A DNA stretch of 64,000 nt from Planctomycetota bacterium (lineage in GTDB: Bacteria > Planctomycetota > Phycisphaerae > SM23-33). This document shows, one piece after another, positions 38,635-47,954 of this stretch. Both the position numbers and the translations under genes were made by a program. Position 1 is the stretch's first letter, and each line of letters starts with the position of its first letter. The stretch spans positions 751 through 64,750 of the forward strand of contig JACRIL010000102.1 in the NCBI GenBank assembly GCA_016235825.1, written 5' to 3'. The notes under the pieces are model-generated. The model made no database searches and was not told the DNA's origin. It worked only from the letters and a program-made list of their open reading frames with translations.

Positions 38635-38732
38635 AGGCTGCACAAAACCCGCCGGAGCAGGCTTTTAATATTACGCCTGCGAAGTTGTAATTTTAATCTT
38701 TGTCATTTTTCTGCTGTTAAAATGATATGAAA

Positions 38733-38816
38733 CATCCCCCTGCTGGCGCAGGGGGCTTTATGATCGGTTCGCCGACGGATTTGTTTTAAAGCCCCGCATG
38801 TAAATGCGGGGATGCC
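38733..38816. repeat. paired hairpin repeats, family D (CCCCCTGCTGGCGCAGGGGGCTTTATGA and AAAGCCCCGCATGTAAATGCGGGGATGC)
   Basis: The same two hairpins recur at 62343..62371 and 61971..61998, both just upstream of gene starts. GTAA/GTTA tetraloops. Confidence 0.65.
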
Positions 38817-38857
38817 GCGTTGAAATTCGAGAGTATGTTTCCAGCGGAGAAGAAATA

Positions 38858-41002
38858 ATGCCTGTCAACGTCTCTTCAAAACGGAGAATTTTCATACGCA
38901 TATTGGCGATACTGCTGATGCTGCTGGTTGGGTCGGCTTATTGTGAATTCGTCCGAAGTTATACCATGACACAGCCGATGCCGGACCTGGCGACCTACAG
39001 AGCGGTGATAGTTGCAACGACAGTCGCCGTTCTTTGCTTTGTAATATTCGTGGCACTTCTGGCGGCCCGGCTGATCCGCCCTGACCATCCGGCGGGCCGG
39101 AATTTTCCGCCCGAATTTTATGCCGCCCTGGAAAGCTCCGGGCATATCCTCTACAAGTACGACGTTCAGAAAAACCATTTTGAATATATCAGCCCGAACG
39201 TGCGGGAAATACTCGGCTTCGCCCCCGAATACTTCAACGGAAAATCTTTCGACGAACTGTCGCAGGGTATTCATCCGGAAGACAGGCTCATGCTTCAGAA
39301 GTTCCTGGAAGGGGGTGCCGCAGCGCATAAGGGCGGCGCGGCAACCGCGGCGGTCGAATACCGGCGAATGACCGCCGACGGGCGATATTGCTGGGTCGCG
39401 GATCGGTGCAATCTTCATTTCGACAATGCCGGCCGGCTGACCGCCATAGTCGGCTCGATGTATGACATAACCCGTCGCAAGGAAGACCAGTTGAAGATCG
39501 GCGAACTGCAGGGCCGCCACAGGGACCTTTTTGAGAGCATCGGCGACGCTATTTTCATCGGCGACGGCGGCGGGCGGTTCCTCGACGTGAATCCCGCCGC
39601 GTGCCGGCAGCTCGGCTGCGACAGGCGGGAATTGCTGAATATGGCGGTTCAGGACATTATTCCACCCCAGGAGATGGGCACGCTGGGCAGGACGATGGAT
39701 GCCGTGCTCAAAACGGGCAAGGCCGAACTGGAGTCGGTCCACGTCCGCAAGGACGGCGTCCGCGTCCCGGTCGAACTGCGGATCAGCCTGATCGATTACG
39801 CCGGCAAGCCCGCGTTTCTGGCCGTCGCCCGCGACATAACCGATCGCAGGGCGGCGCAGGAGGCGGTCAGGCAGAGCGAAGAAAGATACAGGCAACTGAT
39901 CGAGACCGCCTACGAGGGCGTGGCGGTGATAGGACAAGACAAATTCCTGTTCGCCAACGAAAGCACATCCAGAATTTCCGGCTACAGCGTGCAGGAACTC
40001 GCCGGCATGCACCCCATGGAAATAATTCATCCGGAAGACCGTGAAATGGTCCGCAAATATCATGATGACAGACTTGCGGGTCTGCCTGCCCCGTCGCGTT
40101 ATGAATTTCAGCTTGTGCGAAAGGACGGCCAGGTCGTTTGGGTCCACATTTCCGCGATAAAGATAAACTGGCAGGGCCAGCCCGCCTCGCTGGGACTGCT
40201 GCTGGACGTAACAGACCTCATAAACGCGCAGGACGCCCTCCAGAAGGGACAGGAATATCTCGAAAAGCGGGTCAAGGAAAGGACCGCCGAACTGGCCCGC
40301 GCCAACCGCGAATTGGAGGCCGAGATAGAGGAGCGGCGCAGGATGGAGCGGATACTGCAGGATGTCCGGCGCACGCTGCTCGTCGCGCGGGAAGACGAGC
40401 GCCGGCAGGTCGCCATGGACCTGCACGACTCGATCGGACAGAAGGTGATCGCCATGAATCTTTCGCTGCAATCCATTCTGGCCGGGAAAAGCAGCCTGGG
40501 CGACGGCCCGGTCGGCCGGACGCTTTCGGACCTGGCCGGAAACTGCACGTCGCTGATCCGCGAGATCAGGCAGATATCGCACGGGCTGTATCCGCCTACG
40601 CTCGAATCGCTGGGCCTGGCAAACGCCCTGGCGCAGATGATCCATGACGCCCAGGCGGCCGGCAGGATACGGCTGGACTGCCCGGGCGATCTCCAGCGGA
40701 TGCGGCTTGCGCCGCGGCAGGAAATTCAGCTTTTTCGCATAGCCCAGGAGGCCCTGGCCAACGCGCTCAAGCACAGCCAGGCCGGGCACGTTATCCTGAG
40801 CCTGGCCCGGAAGGACGACAGGATCATCCTGGCGGTGTCGGATGACGGAAAAGGTTTCGATCCCGGCGGCACGGCCGGCGGAATGGGCCTCAATACCATG
40901 CGCGACCGGGCGCAGAGCTGCGGCGGGGCGCTGCGGATCGACTCGACGCCGGGCCGGACGGTCATAGAGGCCGAGGTCCCGGCGAACGTCAGCGATTATT
41001 GA
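38858..41002 (+). CDS. multi-PAS sensor histidine kinase, HisKA_3 (NarL-type partner) family
   Basis: GGAGAAG RBS. N-terminal TM helices, three or four PAS/PAC modules, coiled coil, H-box DLHDSIGQKVIAMN, HATPase_c (…GMGLNTMRDRAQSCGGAL…). No response regulator gene adjacent. Confidence 0.8.
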   Translation: MPVNVSSKRRIFIRILAILLMLLVGSAYCEFVRSYTMTQPMPDLATYRAVIVATTVAVLCFVIFVALLAARLIRPDHPAGRNFPPEFYAALESSGHILYKYDVQKNHFEYISPNVREILGFAPEYFNGKSFDELSQGIHPEDRLMLQKFLEGGAAAHKGGAATAAVEYRRMTADGRYCWVADRCNLHFDNAGRLTAIVGSMYDITRRKEDQLKIGELQGRHRDLFESIGDAIFIGDGGGRFLDVNPAACRQLGCDRRELLNMAVQDIIPPQEMGTLGRTMDAVLKTGKAELESVHVRKDGVRVPVELRISLIDYAGKPAFLAVARDITDRRAAQEAVRQSEERYRQLIETAYEGVAVIGQDKFLFANESTSRISGYSVQELAGMHPMEIIHPEDREMVRKYHDDRLAGLPAPSRYEFQLVRKDGQVVWVHISAIKINWQGQPASLGLLLDVTDLINAQDALQKGQEYLEKRVKERTAELARANRELEAEIEERRRMERILQDVRRTLLVAREDERRQVAMDLHDSIGQKVIAMNLSLQSILAGKSSLGDGPVGRTLSDLAGNCTSLIREIRQISHGLYPPTLESLGLANALAQMIHDAQAAGRIRLDCPGDLQRMRLAPRQEIQLFRIAQEALANALKHSQAGHVILSLARKDDRIILAVSDDGKGFDPGGTAGGMGLNTMRDRAQSCGGALRIDSTPGRTVIEAEVPANVSDY

Positions 41003-42155
41003 AGAGCGACTCATACAGCCGCTCAATCCGCTCGACCATTACGCGCCAGTCGAAGATGGTCCGGCATTTTTCGCGGCCTGCGGCGCCGAGTTGCTGCCGC
41101 AGTTGCGGCGAGGCTGTGAGTTTCTCAATCGCCGCGGCCAGGCCCGCAACGTCGCGCGGGGCAAGCAGCACGCCCGTGGTCTCGTCGATTACTTCTCTCG
41201 CGCCGTCGACGTCAAAGCTGACGACCGGCCGGGCGGCGAGCATCGCCTGCGGTATCGCCCTTGCAAGACCCTCGCGGAGCGAGCAGTGGATAACGATATC
41301 GCTGGCGTGCATGACGGCCGGGATCAGGTCGGGCGCCAGCAGACCGGTCAGATGGAATCGGTCGGACAGGTCCGACCGGGCGATTGCGGCCTTTATCTGC
41401 CCGGCAAGCCAGCCGTCGCCGACAAAACAGAAATGCACCCGCCTGTCGGCGATCCGCCGGGCCGCCTCGAGGATGAAGTCGTGGCCTTTGAGTTCCGCAA
41501 GGCGCGAGACCTGCGCAATCAAAATGGCGTCTGCCGGCAGATTGAGCGACTCGCGGAACCTGTCCGCCCCGGCCGGCCGGATCATGTACGGCTCGACCTC
41601 CATCCCGCTGTAGATAGTCGTGTATTGCCGCCGCTGGCCCACGCCTGCCGCAAGGGCCTGATTCGTCATCGCGTCGGCCACGCTGATTATCGCGTCGCTT
41701 TGCCGGGCGGCGCGCCGTTCGAGCGCCGTGAATAAAAAATTGGCCAGCGGATTCTGATACGGATGAAACGCCAGGCCGTGGATTGTGTGAACGATCCGCA
41801 CCCGCGGACCGCCGGGCCTGCTCCGAACATCATGCGCCGCCTGCCTGCCCAAAATGCCCGCCTTCGACGAATGAGTGTGAATGATGTCCGGGCGAAGCTC
41901 GCCGATCAGCCTCGCCAGCGCCCGATACGCCGCAAGGTCCTCACCGGGCGAGATCTGCCTGACCAGCGGCGGCAGTTCGACGTACCGGTATCCGCCGCCG
42001 CGCGCCCGACCGACGAGCCTGCCCTCCGGCCCGACCGTAGGGCCGCTCACGAGAATAACCTCGTGCCCGCGTGCGCAGAGACCCTCACAGCTCAGGATCG
42101 TGTTTTCCTGAGCGCCGCCCACTATCAGCCGGGTTATCACGTGGCATATCCGCAT
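40989..42155 (-). CDS. glycosyltransferase, GT4 family
   Basis: MRICHVITRLIVGGAQEN N-terminus and GT-B C-terminal domain. Convergent with the kinase gene (14-nt overlap). Confidence 0.8.
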   Translation of the reverse strand: MRICHVITRLIVGGAQENTILSCEGLCARGHEVILVSGPTVGPEGRLVGRARGGGYRYVELPPLVRQISPGEDLAAYRALARLIGELRPDIIHTHSSKAGILGRQAAHDVRSRPGGPRVRIVHTIHGLAFHPYQNPLANFLFTALERRAARQSDAIISVADAMTNQALAAGVGQRRQYTTIYSGMEVEPYMIRPAGADRFRESLNLPADAILIAQVSRLAELKGHDFILEAARRIADRRVHFCFVGDGWLAGQIKAAIARSDLSDRFHLTGLLAPDLIPAVMHASDIVIHCSLREGLARAIPQAMLAARPVVSFDVDGAREVIDETTGVLLAPRDVAGLAAAIEKLTASPQLRQQLGAAGREKCRTIFDWRVMVERIERLYESLFNNR

Positions 42156-42353
42156 TGCAGCACATCGCCTGTCGGCGATAATTATTCTTCAGATCGGCTT
42201 GTTAAGCCAGAGTTTTTCTGTTTTGCCGGATCGCGGGTGTAAGAGCCTGTCCGAATAACTACGATGGACTGCGGGGCATTCTGTTCGGGACTCAAAATTT
42301 ATCAGGTAAAAGTTCTGCCTGCCGGTTTATTTTAAAATTTTTCCATTTTTCAG

Positions 42354-42382
42354 TTGACAATAATGTACGAACTGAACATAAT
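42354..42382 (+). promoter_or_regulatory. sigma70-like promoter (TTGACA-17-CATAAT), implying a near-leaderless deoR transcript
   Basis: TTGACA at 42354..42359, CATAAT at 42377..42382. ATG of the regulator gene at 42391. Confidence 0.4.
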
Positions 42383-42390
42383 ATAACATT

Positions 42391-43170
42391 ATGCCCAGAA
42401 GCGCCGCACAAGCCGTCGCCCGCCGCCGCGAGCTGGTGAATATACTGGCCCGCAGGCAGAGCCTCAGCATCGCCGATGCGGCGGGCCGTTTCGGCGTCAA
42501 CGGGATGACGATCCGGCGGGATATGAAGATGCTTCAGGACTCCGGCGCGGTCCTGCGCTGCTACGGCGGGGCGGTGGCGGCGCAGAGGATCACGTTTGAA
42601 TTCGCCTTCGACGAGCGGCGCCGCAGCCGGCTGGCCGAGAAACGGCGGATCGGCAGGGCGGCAGCCGGGCTGATCGGGGACGGTCAGACCGCTTTTCTCG
42701 ACACGGGCACGACGACGCTGGAGGTCGCGCGGGCCATCGTGGCGCGAGGCATCGCCTGCCGGATAGCGACTAGCAGCCTCGTAATCGCCAGTGAGCTGTG
42801 GGGGCGAGAGCAGATCGAACTGGTTCTTTTGGGCGGACAGGTGCGGCGGGGCAGCCCCGACCTGGTAGGCCCGGGCACGGAATTGATGCTGGACAAGCTG
42901 AGCGCCGATTTCGCCTTTTTGGGCAGCGAAGGCCTGGACGTGGCCCGCGGCAGCTTTGCAGACGATCCTCTGGCGGCGCAGGTGGCAGGCCACATGGCGG
43001 CCAATGCGAAGAAAACGGTCGTGGTCGCCGATCACTCCAAGCTTGGCAAGGTCGGCTCGGTGCAATACCTGCCGGTCGGCGACATGGATGTGCTGGTTAC
43101 CGATAAGGCAGCCCCGGCAGAGATCGTCGCGGCCCTGCGACGAAACAAAGTAAAGGTTGTCGTAGTTTAA
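42391..43170 (+). CDS. DeoR/GlpR-family transcriptional regulator
   Basis: N-terminal HTH (…LSIADAAGRFGVNGMTIRRDM…) plus C-terminal sugar-phosphate-binding domain. Confidence 0.85.
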   Translation: MPRSAAQAVARRRELVNILARRQSLSIADAAGRFGVNGMTIRRDMKMLQDSGAVLRCYGGAVAAQRITFEFAFDERRRSRLAEKRRIGRAAAGLIGDGQTAFLDTGTTTLEVARAIVARGIACRIATSSLVIASELWGREQIELVLLGGQVRRGSPDLVGPGTELMLDKLSADFAFLGSEGLDVARGSFADDPLAAQVAGHMAANAKKTVVVADHSKLGKVGSVQYLPVGDMDVLVTDKAAPAEIVAALRRNKVKVVVV

Positions 43171-43201
43171 AAATTCCAGTTTGACATATCAGGAGCCTTT
43201 T

Positions 43202-44011
43202 ATGGATGGACGCGAAATTAGGTTGAAGCGGCTGATGGGCAGCGGCAGAAGCGTTGTAATCGCCATCGACCACGGGCTTTTTGACGGGCCCATTGAGGCG
43301 ATGGAAGACCTGCCGGCGACCGCGGCGAAGATCAACCCAGTCGTAGACGCGGTGCTGCTGGCCCCGGGGATGCTGCGACACTGCTTCCCCGTCTTTGCCG
43401 ATCAGAAGCGGCCGCTTGCGGTTGTTCGGCTGAACTGGAACACCGTTTATTGCTTCCATTGGAAGTACACGCAGGCACACAGCGTCGAGGCGTACGGCGT
43501 CGAAGACGCCCTGCGGGAAGGCATGGACATAGCCCTGGTGTCGCTGACGCTGCAGACCGGCAGCGAGGATCGCGACGCGGCCAACGTGGAAATCTTCAGC
43601 CGGCTGACAAACCAGGCGCACAGGCTGGGCATCCCGGTCATAGGCGAGTATTTCCCCACGCGGCACGGCGAATTGTCACCTGAGCAACTGCACGAAAGCG
43701 TATTGGCCGGCAGCCGCATAGTGGCCGAACTGGGGGCAGACTCTATCAAGACATTCAACACGTGCAGATTTGCCGAGGTCGTGCGCGCCTGTCCGGTTCC
43801 GGTCCTGGGGCTGGGGGCGGAAAAGCTGCCGACGCCCAAGGCGGCTCTGGAACTGGCCGCCAGTGAAGTCGCTGCCGGCGCGGCCGGCGTGGTTTTCGGA
43901 CGCAACGCCATTCAGGTGGAAAATCCGTTCGCGTTTCAGGCCGCTTTATGCGACGTGGTAAGGAAAGGAGCGCAGGCAGATGAAGCCGTCCGCAAATACA
44001 ACATCGGCTGA
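43202..44011 (+). CDS. class I aldolase, DhnA/FbaB (archaeal-type) family
   Basis: AGGAGC RBS. ~270 aa TIM barrel with the family-typical …AIDHG… and Schiff-base lysine context (…DSIKT…). Confidence 0.7.
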   Translation: MDGREIRLKRLMGSGRSVVIAIDHGLFDGPIEAMEDLPATAAKINPVVDAVLLAPGMLRHCFPVFADQKRPLAVVRLNWNTVYCFHWKYTQAHSVEAYGVEDALREGMDIALVSLTLQTGSEDRDAANVEIFSRLTNQAHRLGIPVIGEYFPTRHGELSPEQLHESVLAGSRIVAELGADSIKTFNTCRFAEVVRACPVPVLGLGAEKLPTPKAALELAASEVAAGAAGVVFGRNAIQVENPFAFQAALCDVVRKGAQADEAVRKYNIG

Positions 44012-45392
44012 GTATCTCGGTTTCGAGGACGTTGCCTACGATCGCGACTGGTGCCGCGCAGACCTGTCGCAGGTGCCCAATGTGATTGTCAAACCGCCCG
44101 GCCCCAAGAGCAAAAAGATGCACGACGCCACGAAACGCGTCTACAAGGGTCTTTCGGGGCAGGTCAAGTTGTTCCCGGTCTGCTTCAGCGAGGGCAAAGG
44201 CGTAACCCTGACCGACGTGGACGGCAACACATACCTGGATTTTTCCAGCGGCATCTACGTTACAACGCTGGGGCATTGCCATCCCAAGATCAGCGCCGCC
44301 GTCGCCCACTGGGCCGGCCGGCTGATGAACTGCCACGACTTCACCACGCCGGTCAAAGAGGCTCTCATGGCCAAGTTGGTCGATGTCATGCCGGGCGACC
44401 TCAACGGCGTGCAGCTTTACGACAGCGGGACTGTGGCGGTGGAGGCCGGGCTTCGCATCTGCCGGGCGGCGACGGGCAAAACGGAATTCCTCTCGTGCTT
44501 CATGGATTTCCACGGCAAGAGCCTGGGGGCGGTTTCCTGCGGCCGCATGAACGGCATGTACGCCTCGACCCGCATGCCGGGCTTTTACATGCTTCCGCGG
44601 CCGGACACCTACCGGCCGCTCTGGACGAGAGCCGACGGCACGCTCGACACCGAGGCATACCTGGAATTCTACGACAAGGCAATTGTGGATGGCACCACCG
44701 GCCAGGTCGCCGCGTTCGTGCTCGAGCCGATCCAAGGCTGGGGCGGCACGATCATCCCGCCGGACGATTTCTTCCCCAAGCTCCGGAAATTCTGCGACGA
44801 GCGAAAAATCCTGCTGATGGCCGACGAAGTTCTGACCGGCACCGGCCGCACCGGCCAGTGGCTGTGCATGCAGAATTGGAACGTCCTGCCGGACGTGGTT
44901 GCGCTGGGCAAGGGGTTCGGCAACGGCTTCCCGGTTACGGCGTGCATAGTCCGCGAAGGCATCAAGGAAAACTTCGAGAAGATCAGCGCATCGAGCAGTT
45001 ACGGCGGCAACCCGATGGCCTGCGCGGCGACCCTGGCGAGCCTTCAGGTGATCGAGGAGGAAAATCTGCTCGAAAACGCCCGCCACCTCGGCGCGATTGC
45101 CCTCAAACGCATGGAACAGATGAAGGCCCGGCACAAGATCATCGGCGACGTGCGGGCCAAAGGTTGCCTGATGGGGATCGAACTGGTCAAGGACCGCAAG
45201 ACCAAGGCGCCTTTCGACGAGGCCGGCAGAATGGTTTACGCCAAGGCATTCGAGAGAGGCCTGGCGTGGATACCGGCCGGCCACATATTGAGGCTCAGCC
45301 CTCCGATCATCATGAACGATGACGAACTGCTCAAAGGCCTGAACATCATCGACGAGGCGATAGGCGAGACGGAAAAGGAGATGGGATACTGA
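43980..45392 (+). CDS. class III (ornithine/GABA-type) PLP-dependent aminotransferase
   Basis: …DFSSGIYVTTLGHCHP…LLMADEVLTGTGRTG… and the PLP lysine in a T/SxxKxxG context (ALGKGFGNG). Confidence 0.85.
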   Translation: MKPSANTTSAEYLGFEDVAYDRDWCRADLSQVPNVIVKPPGPKSKKMHDATKRVYKGLSGQVKLFPVCFSEGKGVTLTDVDGNTYLDFSSGIYVTTLGHCHPKISAAVAHWAGRLMNCHDFTTPVKEALMAKLVDVMPGDLNGVQLYDSGTVAVEAGLRICRAATGKTEFLSCFMDFHGKSLGAVSCGRMNGMYASTRMPGFYMLPRPDTYRPLWTRADGTLDTEAYLEFYDKAIVDGTTGQVAAFVLEPIQGWGGTIIPPDDFFPKLRKFCDERKILLMADEVLTGTGRTGQWLCMQNWNVLPDVVALGKGFGNGFPVTACIVREGIKENFEKISASSSYGGNPMACAATLASLQVIEEENLLENARHLGAIALKRMEQMKARHKIIGDVRAKGCLMGIELVKDRKTKAPFDEAGRMVYAKAFERGLAWIPAGHILRLSPPIIMNDDELLKGLNIIDEAIGETEKEMGY

Positions 45393-46534
45393 TGAGGACC
45401 GTCCGCTTTGGAATAATCGGCTGCGGTCTGATGGGGCGAGAGTTCGCCAGTGCCGCCGCCCGCTGGTGCCACCTGCCGGAGATGAAGGTCCGGCCCCAGA
45501 TCGTCGCCGTCTGTGACGCCAAACCCGAGCCGATGGAATGGTTCAGTCAAAATTTTCCGTCCATAAAACTGGCGACGACCGACTACCGGCAGATACTGGC
45601 CGATGAGTCCGTGGAGGCGGTGTACTGCGCCGTGCCGCACAACCAGCACAAGGATGTTTACTGCGACATCCTCGCGGCCGGCAAGCATCTCATGGGCGAA
45701 AAGCCCTTTGGCATCGACAAGCTCGCCAACGACGCGATCAACGCAGCCATAGCCGCGCATCCCGGCCTGCTGGTGCGGTGCAGCAGCGAGTTCCCGTTTT
45801 TTCCCGGCGCCCAGCGGATCGCCAGGATGCTGGATGCCGGGGCGTTCGGAAAGATAATTGAAGTCGCCGGCGGCCTGCTCCACTCGTCGGACCTGGACCT
45901 CGACAAGCCCATCAACTGGAAGCGGATGATCGAGTTCAACGGCGAATACGGATGCATGGGCGACCTGGGGATGCACGCCTGCCATTTTCCATTCAGGGCC
46001 GGCTTCATTCCTCGCAACGTCCGGGCCATCCTCAGCAAGATCGTAACCGAGCGCCCGGACGGCAAGGGCGGGCGCGCGGCCTGCCTGACGTGGGACAACG
46101 CCACGCTTTTCTGCGAGGCCGCCGAAAGCCCGGACGCCGACGGATTCCCGCTTGCGCTCAAGACGCACCGGATTGCGCCGGGCGAGACAGACACGTGGTA
46201 CATTGAAATCCTGGGCGCGAAGATGTCGGCGAGGTTCTCGACCAAGAATCCGCGCCGGCTGGAGGTGATGGAATACCGCAACGGCGTGCAGGCCTGGCAG
46301 CAGATAGACACCGGGCAGGACACGGCCTTCAAGACCATCACCGGCTCGATCTTCGAGTTCGGATTCTCCGACGCGATACTCCAGATGTGGGCGGCGTTCC
46401 TGCACGAGCTGGCCGAAGGCAGACCGGCGGGGCGTTTCGCCGGATGCGCCACGCCGCAGGAGGCGGCGCTGAGCCACAGGCTCTTTACCGCCGCCCTGGA
46501 ATCGCATAAAAATCACGCGACGGTTGCGTTATAA
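45392..46534 (+). CDS. Gfo/Idh/MocA-family oxidoreductase
   Basis: VRFGIIGCGLMGREF Rossmann motif and GEKP motif. Confidence 0.85.
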   Translation: MRTVRFGIIGCGLMGREFASAAARWCHLPEMKVRPQIVAVCDAKPEPMEWFSQNFPSIKLATTDYRQILADESVEAVYCAVPHNQHKDVYCDILAAGKHLMGEKPFGIDKLANDAINAAIAAHPGLLVRCSSEFPFFPGAQRIARMLDAGAFGKIIEVAGGLLHSSDLDLDKPINWKRMIEFNGEYGCMGDLGMHACHFPFRAGFIPRNVRAILSKIVTERPDGKGGRAACLTWDNATLFCEAAESPDADGFPLALKTHRIAPGETDTWYIEILGAKMSARFSTKNPRRLEVMEYRNGVQAWQQIDTGQDTAFKTITGSIFEFGFSDAILQMWAAFLHELAEGRPAGRFAGCATPQEAALSHRLFTAALESHKNHATVAL

Positions 46535-46544
46535 AGGATGGCAA

Positions 46545-47951
46545 ATGGCGGAACGACGACCACGAGTTGGATTGCTAGGCCTGATGCTGGAACTTTACGA
46601 CACGCTTGCGCCGCAGTTGCGTGCAGATCGCGAGAACTGGGTCCGCGCAAGCCTGCTGCCGGCGCTGGCGCCCGCGGCCGACGTGGAATTCCGTAGGGCC
46701 GTGGCGTCGGCAGCCGACATCCGCGCGGAGATCGGCCATTTCGTCGAGGCAAAGGTTGACGCGGTTCTTGTGGTCTGCCTGTCGTATTCACCCAGCCTGA
46801 ACACGGCCGAGCCGCTGGCCCGCTGCGGCCTGCCGGTGATCGTCTGGAATACCCAGGAACTCTGGGCCGTGGATGAAAACTACGGCCCGGCGGAGCTTAC
46901 GGCCAATCACGGCGTGCACGGCACGCAGGACCTCTGCAGCGTGCTGACGCGGATGGGCGCGGCGTTTGAATATGTAACCAGCCATGTCCGCGACGGCCGG
47001 GCTACGTCGGAACTGGGCCGATTCTTCAACGCCGCTGCGGCAGCGACCGATCTACGTCGGTTGCGAGTGGGGCTGCTTGGGTACGCATTCCCCGGCATGG
47101 GCGATTTCGCCATCGAGCCTTCGCGATTCACAGCAACGCTGGGGCCGACAGTCTGCCCGCTGACGGTCGATGAATACATCCGCCGAGCCGCCTCGGCCGC
47201 CGAGTCGGATGTGCAGGCCATGGTCGACGACTACCGCCGCAGTTACGACCTTGCCGTCGATCTGGCGCCGGCCGATCTGGATGCTACTGCGCGGGCCGAG
47301 CTCGCCCTGCGGGGCATGGTCGCCGACAACAAACTGGACGCGATTACTTACCAATTCCTGGCTTTCGGCGAAGACGAACGGACCGAGACCGTCCCGTTCG
47401 TCGCCGCCAGCCGAATGATGAGCGAGGGCGTTGGCTTCGGCGGAGAGGGCGACGTCATCGGGGCCGCCGGGGCGTGGCTGCTGCACCGGCTCTGCCCGCC
47501 CGCCACGTTCAGCGAGATATTCACCATCGACTTCGCCGGCAACAGCCTGCTGATGAGCCACATGGGCGAGGCCAACGTCGCCATGATTGAACAGGGGCGC
47601 AAGGCGAACATGGTCGCCCGGCCGTCGCCGATTACGCGGACCCGCAAGCGGCAACTGGCGCTGCGGTGGAGTTTCCGGCCCGGCCCGGCGACCCTGTTTG
47701 CATTGGTTCAGGGGCCGGGCGGGCGATGGCGATTCATCGTCAGCAAAGTTGGCATCGTGCCTTTTGAGCCTCGGCCGACGCTGGCCGTGCCGCAGTTCAA
47801 GATATTGCCGGCACCCGGCGACGTGCGCGGCTGGCTGACCCGCTATGCAAAGGCTGGCGGACCACACCACAACGCCGTCTGTCTCGGCGACGCACGCGAG
47901 CAACTCCTCGCCGTCGCGAGGCTCGTCGGCGCAGAACTGGTCGAGGTATAA
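46545..47951 (+). CDS. L-arabinose/L-fucose isomerase-family sugar isomerase
   Basis: AAGGA RBS. ~470 aa. N-terminal RVGLLG…, central …EGDVIGAAGAWLLH… and C-terminal fucose-isomerase-like domain by composition. Family assignment at moderate confidence. Confidence 0.6.
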   Translation: MAERRPRVGLLGLMLELYDTLAPQLRADRENWVRASLLPALAPAADVEFRRAVASAADIRAEIGHFVEAKVDAVLVVCLSYSPSLNTAEPLARCGLPVIVWNTQELWAVDENYGPAELTANHGVHGTQDLCSVLTRMGAAFEYVTSHVRDGRATSELGRFFNAAAAATDLRRLRVGLLGYAFPGMGDFAIEPSRFTATLGPTVCPLTVDEYIRRAASAAESDVQAMVDDYRRSYDLAVDLAPADLDATARAELALRGMVADNKLDAITYQFLAFGEDERTETVPFVAASRMMSEGVGFGGEGDVIGAAGAWLLHRLCPPATFSEIFTIDFAGNSLLMSHMGEANVAMIEQGRKANMVARPSPITRTRKRQLALRWSFRPGPATLFALVQGPGGRWRFIVSKVGIVPFEPRPTLAVPQFKILPAPGDVRGWLTRYAKAGGPHHNAVCLGDAREQLLAVARLVGAELVEV

Positions 47952-47954
47952 CGC

